Below, one piece after another: positions 55,204 through 64,000 of a DNA stretch of 64,000 nucleotides. This stretch comes from an uncultured delta proteobacterium. Its GTDB lineage: Bacteria; Myxococcota_A; Polyangia; Polyangiales; JAFGIB01. Under the pieces are notes generated by a model. The model worked only from the letters and a program-made list of their open reading frames with translations. It was not told the DNA's origin and searched no databases. The stretch covers positions 960,001-1,024,000 of the forward strand of contig CAVZVA010000009.1 in assembly GCA_963778655.1 (NCBI GenBank), in the 5' to 3' direction. Made by a program: the position numbers and the translations under genes. Numbering within the stretch: position 1 is the stretch's first letter; every line of letters starts with the position of its first letter.

Positions 55204-57978
55204 ATGGGACCGCTCGCGCGCGCGGGGCTGATCGCAGCCGCGGTGCTGGCGTGCTTGGCCGTGCTGGGGCGGGGCGGCTGGGTTCGCGCCGCGCCGCCGG
55301 CCGCAGCCACGGCCGCCGGGCCCGGAATCGCGGAGCTGCGCGCCCGGCTCGAGCACGCGCGCGGCGCGGCCGCGGGCAAGCTCCCCGAGGGGGTGCTGCT
55401 CAGCATCGAGTACACGATCGACGTGGCCGAGCGCATCGCGCACCGCTTCGGGCCGCAAGCCGACGCCTTGCGGCTGCGCGCCGCGCGCTGGCTCGCCCAG
55501 GTCGAGGCCGGCCACGACCCGCTGGTGGCTGCGCACGGCCAGCTGCTGATGCGCGGCTACCGCTCGCCGATCTCCGAGCGCCTGCAGGGCTACGCGATCT
55601 ACACGCCGCCCGACTACGACCCGGCGCGCGCGTATCCGATGCTGATCATGCTCCACGGCGGCTCCGCCAACGGCAACCTGTTCCTGGGTGTGGTGCTCGG
55701 CAATCACATGAGCTGGAAGGCGTACCCGCAGCACCTGTGGGACGACTACCAGGCGCGCTTCACCCCGGAGTGGATCGTGGTGGCTCCGGACGGCTTCGGT
55801 CAGGTGATGTGGCGGTTCATGGGCGAGCAGGACGTGCTCGACGTGATCGACGACGTGGAGCGCAACTATCACGTCGACCAGGACCAGGTGGTGCTGGGCG
55901 GGCTGAGCAACGGCGGCGTCGGCGCCTACAACCTGGGCATGCGCTACGCCTACCGCTTCAGCCGGGTGCAGGCGATCGCCGGAGCGCCGAGCTGGCTGCA
56001 ATACAGCGGGCCCGGCATCCCCGAGGCGCAGCAGCGCGCGATGGAGCCGCTCTCCGGGATGCAGCTGATCGAAAACGCGATCGACACCGATTTCCACTAC
56101 TACCACGGGCACAAAGACACCGGGCCGATGCGCCCGCGCTACGTGGAGGAGCTGGGCAAGCTGATCCGCACGCTGGGCGTGCCCTTTCACGAGCACTGGT
56201 ACGACGCCGGGCACGACCTGCTCGGGCTGGTGGAGCGGGGCGGCAAGATCTTCGATGAGCTCGCCAAGGCGCGCCGCAACCCGCACCCGAGCGAGGTGCG
56301 GGTGGTCACCGGCGACTACCGCGCCGCGCGCCAGCACTGGGTCACCGTCACGCGCATCGACAACTACCCGGCGCTGGCGCGGGTGCGCGCGGTGGTTGAT
56401 GCCGACGCGCTGGCGATCGAAACCAAGAACACGCGAGCCCTCTCGCTCGACCTACGCGAGGCTCCGCTCGCGCCGGGCACCTCGGCGCGCATCGTGGTCG
56501 ACGGCAAGCAAGTGTACTCGGGCCCGCGCGGCGCGCTGGGCGCCGTGGTGCAGCTGGTGCGCGACGAGCACGGCTTCCGGCTCGGCGCACCTTCCGCCGC
56601 CGCCAACGCGCTGGAGAAGAAGCCGGGCAGCTGCGGCCCGATCACCGACGCTTATTACGGCGCGATGGCGCACGTCTACGGCACCGCCGGCGACCAGAAG
56701 CTGACCGCGGCGCTCAAGAAGAGCGCGGAGCGCGGGGCGCACGGCTGGCCGCTGTGGCTGTGGGGCGTCGAGCAGAAGGTGGTGGCCGACAGCGAGGTTA
56801 CCGACGCGCTGATGCGCAGCCACAACCTCGTGCTCTACGCCACGCCCGGCAGCAACCGCGTGCTCGAGCGCATCGCGCCCAACTTGCCGCTGCACATCGA
56901 CGCCGGCGGCATCGACCTGGGCGGCAAGCACTTCGAGGGTCGAGGCGTGGGAGTGAAGCTGATCTTCCCCAATCCGCTCGCGCCCGGCCGCTACGTGATC
57001 GTGCAGGCCGCGCCCACCGTGGCCGGCGTGGACGGCGGCCACAACCTGCCCGACTTCCTGCCCGACTACGTGGTCTACGATGCGCACACCACCGCCAGCC
57101 GGCCGCGGCTGGTGTTCCCGCGCGGGCAGATGCCGCTGCTCATGGGCTACTTCGACGACCACTGGCAGCTGCCGCAGAGCGTGGCGGGCGAAGGCGGGGG
57201 TGAGCAGCCGGCCGACGACGCCAAGCACCGCGAAAAGACCAAGACCGCCCTGCTGCCGGTGCCGCACTCGCCCGCGCAGCCGCCTCCACCCCCGCAGTTC
57301 GCCGCCGGCCCGCAGACGCAGGCGGGCGAGGCGGCACGCCGCATCGCGCACCTGGTCACCACCTTCAGGAACTACCGGGCCACGATCCGCGGCGCCAGCT
57401 GGCGGGTGGACCCGAAGGCGAGCTGGTCGATCCGCGACAACGAGGCGTGCTTGCAGGCGCTGCGCGAACGCGGGGTGCCGTTCAAGTCGGTTTCGCCGCA
57501 GTTGTCGACTCCGGTGCCCACGCCGGTGGAGATCACCGGGAAGGTGGGCGGCGTGGAGTTCCGCATGATGCACGCGGACCGCACCCTGCTGATGAGCTGC
57601 GAGCTGGCCGTGCGCCTGCCGGAGATCGCCGCCGTGGTCGCGACTCACGGCGTCACCCGCGTCGAGGTGATCAGCACCTACCGCGAGAAGCCGTACGTGA
57701 GCTTCCACACCATGGGCCTGGCGATCGACATCTCGCGCTTCATCACCAGCGACGGCCCGCTCAGCGTGCTGGCGGACTTCGAGCGCACGCCCGGCTACGA
57801 GACCTGCGAAGCGCCGCCGCCCAAGAGCGAGCACGCGCGCGCGCTGCTCGACATCGCCTGCAAGCTGGGCGCGAGCGGCCTGTTCTCCTCGGTGCTCACG
57901 CCCAACTACAACGCCGGCCACCGCAATCACTTCCACCTGGACACACGTCCCGACGATCCCCGCATCTTCGTGCGTTGA
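55204..57978 (+). CDS. Secreted esterase/peptidase (alpha/beta hydrolase) fused to C-terminal extensin-like domain
   Basis: Signal peptide; Y.P..YDP..YP.LI.LHG, GLSNGG, HG.KD, GH; C-terminal S.H..G.AID..LTPNYNAGHRNHFHLD. Confidence 0.8.
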   Translation: MGPLARAGLIAAAVLACLAVLGRGGWVRAAPPAAATAAGPGIAELRARLEHARGAAAGKLPEGVLLSIEYTIDVAERIAHRFGPQADALRLRAARWLAQVEAGHDPLVAAHGQLLMRGYRSPISERLQGYAIYTPPDYDPARAYPMLIMLHGGSANGNLFLGVVLGNHMSWKAYPQHLWDDYQARFTPEWIVVAPDGFGQVMWRFMGEQDVLDVIDDVERNYHVDQDQVVLGGLSNGGVGAYNLGMRYAYRFSRVQAIAGAPSWLQYSGPGIPEAQQRAMEPLSGMQLIENAIDTDFHYYHGHKDTGPMRPRYVEELGKLIRTLGVPFHEHWYDAGHDLLGLVERGGKIFDELAKARRNPHPSEVRVVTGDYRAARQHWVTVTRIDNYPALARVRAVVDADALAIETKNTRALSLDLREAPLAPGTSARIVVDGKQVYSGPRGALGAVVQLVRDEHGFRLGAPSAAANALEKKPGSCGPITDAYYGAMAHVYGTAGDQKLTAALKKSAERGAHGWPLWLWGVEQKVVADSEVTDALMRSHNLVLYATPGSNRVLERIAPNLPLHIDAGGIDLGGKHFEGRGVGVKLIFPNPLAPGRYVIVQAAPTVAGVDGGHNLPDFLPDYVVYDAHTTASRPRLVFPRGQMPLLMGYFDDHWQLPQSVAGEGGGEQPADDAKHREKTKTALLPVPHSPAQPPPPPQFAAGPQTQAGEAARRIAHLVTTFRNYRATIRGASWRVDPKASWSIRDNEACLQALRERGVPFKSVSPQLSTPVPTPVEITGKVGGVEFRMMHADRTLLMSCELAVRLPEIAAVVATHGVTRVEVISTYREKPYVSFHTMGLAIDISRFITSDGPLSVLADFERTPGYETCEAPPPKSEHARALLDIACKLGASGLFSSVLTPNYNAGHRNHFHLDTRPDDPRIFVR

Positions 57979-58015
57979 GGGCGCTTGCCCCTCCCGCGAC
58001 CCCTCAGAGTCAGCG

Positions 58016-59008
58016 TCAGAACCCGATCCCCAGCGAGACCGCGGTGGTCAGCCACAGGCCGTCGAGGGCGAGCACGGGGGTGGTGCCCGCCAGGGCCTTG
58101 GCTGGCAGCGTCGCCACGCCAGCCTCCAGCTCGAAGGCGAGCCGCAGCTGCTCGGTGGCCCGGAACTCGATGCGGTTCCACCAGATCGGCCCGCCGTACG
58201 GCGCGAAGAAGTGCTCACCGGGCGTCTGGCTGCGATCGCCGGGCTCGCCTTGCATGCGCGTGAAGCCGAGCCGCCCGCCCGGGCCGGTGAAGAACGACAC
58301 GTTCTGCACCCGCACGTGCAGCGACAGCGCCAGGGCCACCGACGCGGTGACCACGCGCACCGTGCCCAGTGGCAGCTCGACCGAGGAAGTGGCGAAGTCG
58401 CCCGCGATGGTGAAGGCGAGGGTGGGCAGCGACAGGTGCACCAGGCGTGCGCCGGCTCCCAGCATCACGGCATCGTTGCCCGACCAGACCTGCAGCGTGA
58501 ACGCGGCCGAAAGACTCTCCTTGCCCGTGCTCGAGGGCTGCGCAAGCGCGTTGCGCCGCGCCACGACGCGCTCGGCCAGCGCGCGCGCAGCTGGGCTGGG
58601 CTGGGGGCCTACCGGCTCGACCACGTGCGTGGGTTGTACGCGCAGCTCGATCCAGCTGGCGACCACGAACTCCGCGATCGCGAGCGCCAGCAGCCGCGTG
58701 CTCGACGCATCCTTGAACGAGGAGGCCGGCAGCACGCGCGCCATGGACTTGCGCGTGACCCCGTCTTCCAGGTGCAGCTCGACGCCGCGGTCGCTGCAGT
58801 TGACCCACACGCTGGTGGGGCTCGCGGAGACGTCGCTCTCGGCGGCCGAGGTGCCGAGCTCGATGGCCAGCAGTCGCTCGAGCTGGCTGCGGTCCACCGG
58901 CACGCACGGGTCCACGCGGACCGAGACCTGCGGCCCCTCCGCGCGCGCCCGCGCGGCTGAAAGCGCGATCAGCGCCAGCGCGAGCAGGCATCGGGTCGCC
59001 CAGCACAC
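58016..59008 (-). CDS. Hypothetical secreted/outer-membrane protein in the ECF-FecR operon
   Basis: Signal peptide; C-terminal amphipathic strands ending in F. Confidence 0.65.
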   Translation of the reverse strand: MCWATRCLLALALIALSAARARAEGPQVSVRVDPCVPVDRSQLERLLAIELGTSAAESDVSASPTSVWVNCSDRGVELHLEDGVTRKSMARVLPASSFKDASSTRLLALAIAEFVVASWIELRVQPTHVVEPVGPQPSPAARALAERVVARRNALAQPSSTGKESLSAAFTLQVWSGNDAVMLGAGARLVHLSLPTLAFTIAGDFATSSVELPLGTVRVVTASVALALSLHVRVQNVSFFTGPGGRLGFTRMQGEPGDRSQTPGEHFFAPYGGPIWWNRIEFRATEQLRLAFELEAGVATLPAKALAGTTPVLALDGLWLTTAVSLGIGF

Positions 59009-59038
59009 CGGGTGCCAGGGTAGCCGCTAGCCACGCGG

Positions 59039-60256
59039 CTAATCCAGCCCGCCGTAAAGCTGCACCGCGCGCAGGCGCCGGCCGCTCGGGTACAGCCTGA
59101 GGTACTCCTGAGCCCGCGCATAGGCTAGCCGCGCGTTCCCACCCTTGGACAGCGCCTCGACCTCGCGCGCCAGCGCGTCCTGGGCCAGCGAGCCGGTCGG
59201 CGCCAGCCGGCGCGCGGTCCCGAACGCCCGGGCCGCGCGATCGGGTTGTCCGAGCCGATCCAGGTACACCCGCCCCAGCGTGAACGCGGCCAGCGGCGCG
59301 ATCGGGCTGTGCTGGTGGCTGCGGACCACCCGCGCCAGGTATTGCACCGCGTCCTGCGCGTGGCCGCTCAGGCGTGCTGCATCGGCCGCGTCCATCAGCG
59401 CCGCAGGATCGTCCTCCACCGGGCTGCTCCTGCGCAGCGACTCGAAGGCCGCGTCGTACTGGCCGCTCTGGCTCAAGCTGCGCCAGCTCGCAGCTGCACC
59501 GCCATGCCTGGCGTTCGTCGCGTGCGCATGACGCCGCGCCCGCTCCGCGCGCTCGGCGCTCAGCTCCGCGGCCGTGTCCTCGTCGCCCGCGGGCGATTCT
59601 TCCTCGAAGGGGGCCGGCGCCGCGGCCGCAGCCGCAGGCATCTCGCTCGCCGCGCTGCGCGCGAAGTGCTTGATCTGCCCCGCAACCAGATCTTCGGCGC
59701 CTTGCGGGCCGTACACCCGCACCTTGCCTCGCCCGACGCTGACTGCGACCTCGCGCGCATCGCGCTCGACGTCGAAGATCGTGCCGATCACCTCGACCCG
59801 ATACGGCTGCGCCTCGACCACGAAGCTGCGCATCGGGTCGTGCACCGCCTCGAAGTGCGCGCGCCCGGAAACCAGCCGCAGCGCGATCCGGTCGCGCGTG
59901 TTGTCGAGCACCTCGAGCTCGCTGTGCTCGCCCACCAGCTCGGTGCGCGAGCCGTCCGCGAGCCGCAGCGTGTGCCCGCTGTGCACCTTGTCGCTGGCCA
60001 GCGCCGCCTGTGCCTTGCCGCCGGCGGCCCGCGCGCCGGCCGCGCGCGCGCTCGGATCCGGTGCGCCGCGCCGCAAGCCGACCAGCAACACCGCGGCCGC
60101 CGCCAGCACCCCGAGCGTCCCCAGCGCCGCGCGCCGGCGGGCGCGCCGCGGGCCGAACGCGCGCGCGCCTGCGAACAGCCGCGCGCTGCGCTCTGCCGAC
60201 CACTGCGGCGTGAGCTCCTGGCGCGCCAGGTCGAGATCTCGTGCGAGCCTATCCAT
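59039..60256 (-). CDS. FecR-domain anti-sigma factor with C-terminal TPR-like region
   Basis: TM helix; LADGS, L.SGRAHF.., VEVIGT.F, V..GKV; AFTLGR..LD, YP.G. Confidence 0.82.
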   Translation of the reverse strand: MDRLARDLDLARQELTPQWSAERSARLFAGARAFGPRRARRRAALGTLGVLAAAAVLLVGLRRGAPDPSARAAGARAAGGKAQAALASDKVHSGHTLRLADGSRTELVGEHSELEVLDNTRDRIALRLVSGRAHFEAVHDPMRSFVVEAQPYRVEVIGTIFDVERDAREVAVSVGRGKVRVYGPQGAEDLVAGQIKHFARSAASEMPAAAAAAPAPFEEESPAGDEDTAAELSAERAERARRHAHATNARHGGAAASWRSLSQSGQYDAAFESLRRSSPVEDDPAALMDAADAARLSGHAQDAVQYLARVVRSHQHSPIAPLAAFTLGRVYLDRLGQPDRAARAFGTARRLAPTGSLAQDALAREVEALSKGGNARLAYARAQEYLRLYPSGRRLRAVQLYGGLD

Positions 60257-60818
60257 CTTCAAGCTCCGCCTGAATGCGCGCGTGGGCTGCGGCGATGCGG
60301 CGCTTGGCCGTGGCCAGCGAGCAGCCGCAGTGCTCGGCCACCTGCTCCAGCTTCTCGCCCTCCACGTAGCGCAGCGTCCACGCCAGCCGCTGCTCCACGC
60401 CGATTTGCTCGAGCGCCTGATACACGCGGGACAACAACGCGCGTCGCTCCGGCGACATCCCTTGCTCGCGCAGCTCGAGCGGCGGTGGCAGCGTGTCGAG
60501 GCCGACGAAGCCGCGCAGCCTGCGCTTGCGCAGGTGGCGGCGGGCGGTGCGCACCGCGATGATCGCGATCCAGCTCTTGAACGCGTGCGGATCGCGCACC
60601 TGGTGGCGCTGGCGGAAGGCCGCAAAAAAGACTTCCTGGATCAAGTCGTCCACGTCTGATTCCCGCCCCAAGAGCCGCAGCCCGATGCGCGCCACGTAAG
60701 GCGCGTAGCGCTCGAACAGCGCCTGGTCCGATTCCGGCAGGGCCTGCTCGGCCTCTGGGCCCCCTTCCACTACGCGCAGGTTCGGCTTGGACACGGACCC
60801 CACCGGCTCTCCATTCAC
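60249..60818 (-). CDS. ECF RNA polymerase sigma factor
   Basis: DDLIQEVF, FKSWI..IAVR, region 4 LEQVAEHCGCSLATAKRRI. Confidence 0.92.
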   Translation of the reverse strand: MNGEPVGSVSKPNLRVVEGGPEAEQALPESDQALFERYAPYVARIGLRLLGRESDVDDLIQEVFFAAFRQRHQVRDPHAFKSWIAIIAVRTARRHLRKRRLRGFVGLDTLPPPLELREQGMSPERRALLSRVYQALEQIGVEQRLAWTLRYVEGEKLEQVAEHCGCSLATAKRRIAAAHARIQAELEDG

Positions 60819-60892
60819 GCTAGTGGCTTAGCACGCGACAAACGGCTCATTTTCGGATGGTTGGCCGCGGTGGAAAAAAGCCCGCCCGAGAA

Positions 60893-60907
60893 CCGTACCG
60901 TGTACGG
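60893..60907. promoter_or_regulatory. Perfect palindrome in divergent promoter
   Basis: CCGTAC-cgt-GTACGG between the ECF sigma gene and the lipoprotein operon. Confidence 0.35.
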
Positions 60908-60940
60908 AAATTGCGCTCGGGTTGAGCTAGGTTAAGGCCC

Positions 60941-61642
60941 ATGGCGTCCCGTGGGCCGATCCGGGCGAGGGGCTGGGCTCTGCGGGCCGGGCTGCTGCTG
61001 CTCGCGGCTGGGGCCTGCAGCGGGACCGAGCACGCGGTATTCGACCTGGGCGTGCCCATAAGCTCGGTGAACCCCCCCCAGACGCATGCCGACGCCGGGA
61101 CCGAGCCACCCCCCCCGGACGCCGGTCCGCCCCCTGAGGAGCCGTCCCCAGACGAGGACGCCGGCGTGGGTCCAGACCCGGGGCTCGACCCGACCGTGGT
61201 GTTCGACTGGCAGGAGAGCCTGCCGGGTCAGGGCACCTGCAAGGCCGGCCTTTACGTGGGCAGCTTCACCTGTACGGTCCAAGTCGACGGCGGAACCGAC
61301 TCGCAGCCGATCTATTTCGGCGCCGTCTCCTTCACCCTGGACGGCTCGCCCGAGGAGCAGCTGCTGTCGATCACGGACGGCAAGCTCTCCGGCCCGCTGT
61401 TCGGCGGGGACCTGAGCGGGCAGCTCGACTGTCTCACCAAGCACTTCACGGGCAAGACCGTCAATGGCATGGCGATCATCGGCCAGGCTGCGCAGAGCCC
61501 GCCCGGGCTGTTTCCGTCCTTCGACGCCGATCTGGATGGCTCCTTCGACGACCAGGCGCTCGTGATCGAAGGCACGATCAAGATGGTCAACGACGCCGGC
61601 CAGACCTGCGAGGGGCGCTTTCGCGCGAGCGCGACGCCATGA
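60941..61642 (+). CDS. Hypothetical lipoprotein
   Basis: LLLAAGAC lipobox; Pro-rich linker; Cys-containing beta domain. Confidence 0.75.
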   Translation: MASRGPIRARGWALRAGLLLLAAGACSGTEHAVFDLGVPISSVNPPQTHADAGTEPPPPDAGPPPEEPSPDEDAGVGPDPGLDPTVVFDWQESLPGQGTCKAGLYVGSFTCTVQVDGGTDSQPIYFGAVSFTLDGSPEEQLLSITDGKLSGPLFGGDLSGQLDCLTKHFTGKTVNGMAIIGQAAQSPPGLFPSFDADLDGSFDDQALVIEGTIKMVNDAGQTCEGRFRASATP

Positions 61643-62955
61643 GCACCCGAGTCGCCTGGCTGTGCGCCGCCATCGCCTGCTGCGCCATGGGCTGGCTCGG
61701 CTGCGCCTCCGGCGACACCGGCGCGCGCGACTCCAACTCCACCGGCAGTGGTGGCCGCGGCGGTGACGGCGGCGGCGGCGGCGCGAGCGGCAGCGGCAGC
61801 GGCAGCGGCGGCCGGGAAGCGGGGGAGGGAGGGGCCGGGCCCGCGGATGGGGGCAGTGCCGATGCGGCGCAGGACGCCGGGCGCGCGGGGGTGCTGCCTG
61901 CGCCCAACGTACGCGCGATCTTCACCACCGGTTGCGCCAGCTCGAGCATGGAGTCGACCCTGCTGCCCTCCAACCTGCTGTTCGTGATCGATCGCAGCGC
62001 ATCGATGGCCTGCAATCCGCCGCCCACCACCGACTCGATGGTGTGCGAGCAAGACCCCGTGGCCGTGGATGCGATGCTCCCAACCAAGTGGGAGATCACG
62101 CGCGGCGCGCTGCGCACCGCGATTCAGGCGCTGCCGTCGGACACCGTGGTGGGGATCTCGTACTTCAGCAACGACGACGCCTGCGGCGTACACGAAAACC
62201 CGAGCGTACCACTGGCCAAGCTCGACGACGCGCAGCGCACCGGCATCGAGGCCAGCCTGGCCAACGTCGAGCCAAGCGGCGCCACGCCACTGGTCGGCGC
62301 GACCATCCTCGCCTACAAGCACCTGCACGACCTCGCGCTCGCGGGGAAGATCCACGGCAAGCAGTTCGTGGTGCTGTTGACCGACGGCCAGCAGAGCGAC
62401 GCGTGTTCCGATCCGCAACTGTGCAGCGGCCAGCAAGCGTGCACGGACCTGCTGGTGAACACCGAGGTGCCCAAGGCTGCGGGCTCCGGCGTGGGGATCA
62501 AGACCTTCGTGATCGGCGCACCCGGCAGCGAGCCGGCGCGCGGGGTGCTGTCGCAGATCGCGTTCAACGGGGGTACAGCCCTGCCCGGCTGCAGCGTGGC
62601 GCTGGGCAACTGCCATTTCGACATGACTACGCAGGCGAAGTTCGACCAGGCTCTGGCGGACGCGCTCACGCAGATCGCGGGGCGCGCGTTGAGCTGCGAG
62701 CTGCCGCTGCCTCAGCCGCCGTCGGGCACGCTGGATCGCACGCTGGTCAACGTCGTGTACTCGCCGGCCGACGGCAGCGATCCGCGGCTGATCCTGAAGG
62801 ACGACCGCCCCTGCGACAGCGGCGCCGACGGCTGGCAGTACGCGCCGGACGAAACGAATATCCGCCTGTGCGGCCCGACCTGCGACAGCGTGCGCAAGGA
62901 TCGCGGCGGCCGCATCGACGTCGTTCTCGGCTGCCCAGTTCGTGCGCCGGGTTAG
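61639..62955 (+). CDS. vWA-domain lipoprotein (CglB-like)
   Basis: Lipobox WLGC; Gly linker; MIDAS DRSAS..TP..LTDG; C-terminal GWQY..I.LCG.TC..V.GC. Confidence 0.85.
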   Translation: MSTRVAWLCAAIACCAMGWLGCASGDTGARDSNSTGSGGRGGDGGGGGASGSGSGSGGREAGEGGAGPADGGSADAAQDAGRAGVLPAPNVRAIFTTGCASSSMESTLLPSNLLFVIDRSASMACNPPPTTDSMVCEQDPVAVDAMLPTKWEITRGALRTAIQALPSDTVVGISYFSNDDACGVHENPSVPLAKLDDAQRTGIEASLANVEPSGATPLVGATILAYKHLHDLALAGKIHGKQFVVLLTDGQQSDACSDPQLCSGQQACTDLLVNTEVPKAAGSGVGIKTFVIGAPGSEPARGVLSQIAFNGGTALPGCSVALGNCHFDMTTQAKFDQALADALTQIAGRALSCELPLPQPPSGTLDRTLVNVVYSPADGSDPRLILKDDRPCDSGADGWQYAPDETNIRLCGPTCDSVRKDRGGRIDVVLGCPVRAPG

Positions 62956-63121
62956 AGCACCGAACAGCTTGAAGCGTGTGCGAAGTCGCGGTGATGGGGG
63001 ATGCAGGGTGCGGGCAGGAGCCCGCAGGCGTAGTGAACCCTATGTCAAGCGGCGAGTGCTCGCGCCATGCGCCCGCCAGGGTCGTGAAATCGTGCGCGTT
63101 TCAAGCTGATCGGTGCTCTAG
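62952..63121. mobile_element. ~170-bp palindromic MITE/REP-like element, copy 2
   Basis: TTAGAGCACCGAACAGCTTGAAGC / GTTTCAAGCTGATCGGTGCTCTAG; aligns end to end with 14000-14170. Confidence 0.75.
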
Positions 63122-63273
63122 CAGGCAGCGGGAGGCAAATTGCGGGCACGAGCGTGGTCACGACCGCGACCATGATCCCGAAGGCATGGAGTCCGGCCAG
63201 AGGCTCGGGTGGTTGGGCGCGCCCCCTTTGCCGGTTTCTGGACCCGTGGACGCGCTGCGTGCAGATCCGAGGG

Positions 63274-64000
63274 ATGGCGCAGGCATCGCAAGCGCGCGCT
63301 CGCCACGTAGCTCAAGCGGGGCTTGCGCTGCGCGTGTGGCTTGCACTGCTGCTGGGCGCGCTGTCGAGCTGCGCAGGGGTAGGGCCCGAGCTCGCGCGGC
63401 CCGCGCCGCCGCCGAGCGCGGCCGCCGTGACCGGGCCGCCGCCCGCGCACGTGGAGCGTCCGCGCCCGGCCGCGAAGCCGCTTCCTACGGCCGCGCCCGC
63501 GCCGGCTCCCGCACCGCCCGTTCCCGACGACGCGCTGGCCGAGCAGCTCGCCGGCGAGCGTGCCGTCGAGAGCGGCTACGACCAGCGCTTCCCGCTCTAC
63601 GGCGTCGCGTTCCACGTGCTGGCCCAGGTGTTCGCCGAGCCCGACGCCCACGCCGAGGTGATCGGTTACCTGCGGCGCGGGAGCGTCTTCCGCGCTGCGG
63701 CCGGCCACAAGGGCTCGGGCTGCGCGCGGGCGTGGCACGAGCTCGCCAGCGGCGGCTTCGCGTGCGCTGGACGTGGCTTCGCGTTCGGCTCGAGCCCGCA
63801 GCGCTTCGAGCCAGCGCCGTTGCCGCCCGCGATGAGCGACCCGCTGCCCTACCGCTACGCCAAGAACAGCGGCAAGGTCGGGCTGCAGTACTGGCGCGTC
63901 CCCACGCCGGCTGAGCGCAGCGCGGCCCTGCGCCTGCTCGCGGCGGCGCCCCCGGGGTTGTTGCACGCCGCCGAGACCAGCGGCGATCCCGCGGCGACCG
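63274..64000 (+). CDS. Lipoprotein, 3'-truncated; N-terminus resembles myxobacterial L,D-transpeptidases
   Basis: Hand translation: MAQASQ..LLGALSSC lipobox, Pro-rich linker, IGYLRRG, GC..W..L.SGGF.C, LPYRYA; open to the right edge; catalytic domain not visible. Confidence 0.6.
   Translation, partial: MAQASQARARHVAQAGLALRVWLALLLGALSSCAGVGPELARPAPPPSAAAVTGPPPAHVERPRPAAKPLPTAAPAPAPAPPVPDDALAEQLAGERAVESGYDQRFPLYGVAFHVLAQVFAEPDAHAEVIGYLRRGSVFRAAAGHKGSGCARAWHELASGGFACAGRGFAFGSSPQRFEPAPLPPAMSDPLPYRYAKNSGKVGLQYWRVPTPAERSAALRLLAAAPPGLLHAAETSGDPAAT

Noticed and set aside
61740..61815. GGC/GGCAGC tandem repeats (similar low-complexity tracts at ~18340 and ~23400-23700)
   Set aside because: They simply encode Gly/Ser, Pro or Ala/Thr protein linkers.

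Overview
High-GC bacterial DNA. The gene content (Ser/Thr kinase-AAA protein, MYXO-CTERM-like sorting tail, CglB-like vWA lipoprotein, ECF-FecR-TPR module) points to Myxococcota, probably Polyangiales-like. Housekeeping genes (thiolase, acyl-CoA ligase, trmL, gatCAB-mtnA, argH-lysA) surround a ~13 kb accessory block at ~38.9-52.3 kb, the most interesting part of the window. This block carries a carrier-protein halopyrrole cassette: a stand-alone Pro-type adenylation enzyme, a prolyl-PCP dehydrogenase, a PCP-hydrolase fusion and a WxWxIP flavin halogenase, plus an amidohydrolase, an alpha/beta hydrolase and a TauE exporter. The cassette is split in two by a stressosome module (rsbT-rsbX-rsbS-rsbR, a second divergent rsbT and a putative ligand-binding protein) and followed by a response regulator. 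Other notable items are an NRPS ending in an acyl-ACP-reductase-like domain, a P1B-ATPase homologue lacking its catalytic motifs, two copies of a ~170-bp palindromic element with compensatory base changes, and a second REP-like family. Several single-base frameshifts (gatA, gatB, an APH kinase) are probably sequencing errors. All calls are from manual motif reading; no database searches were run.
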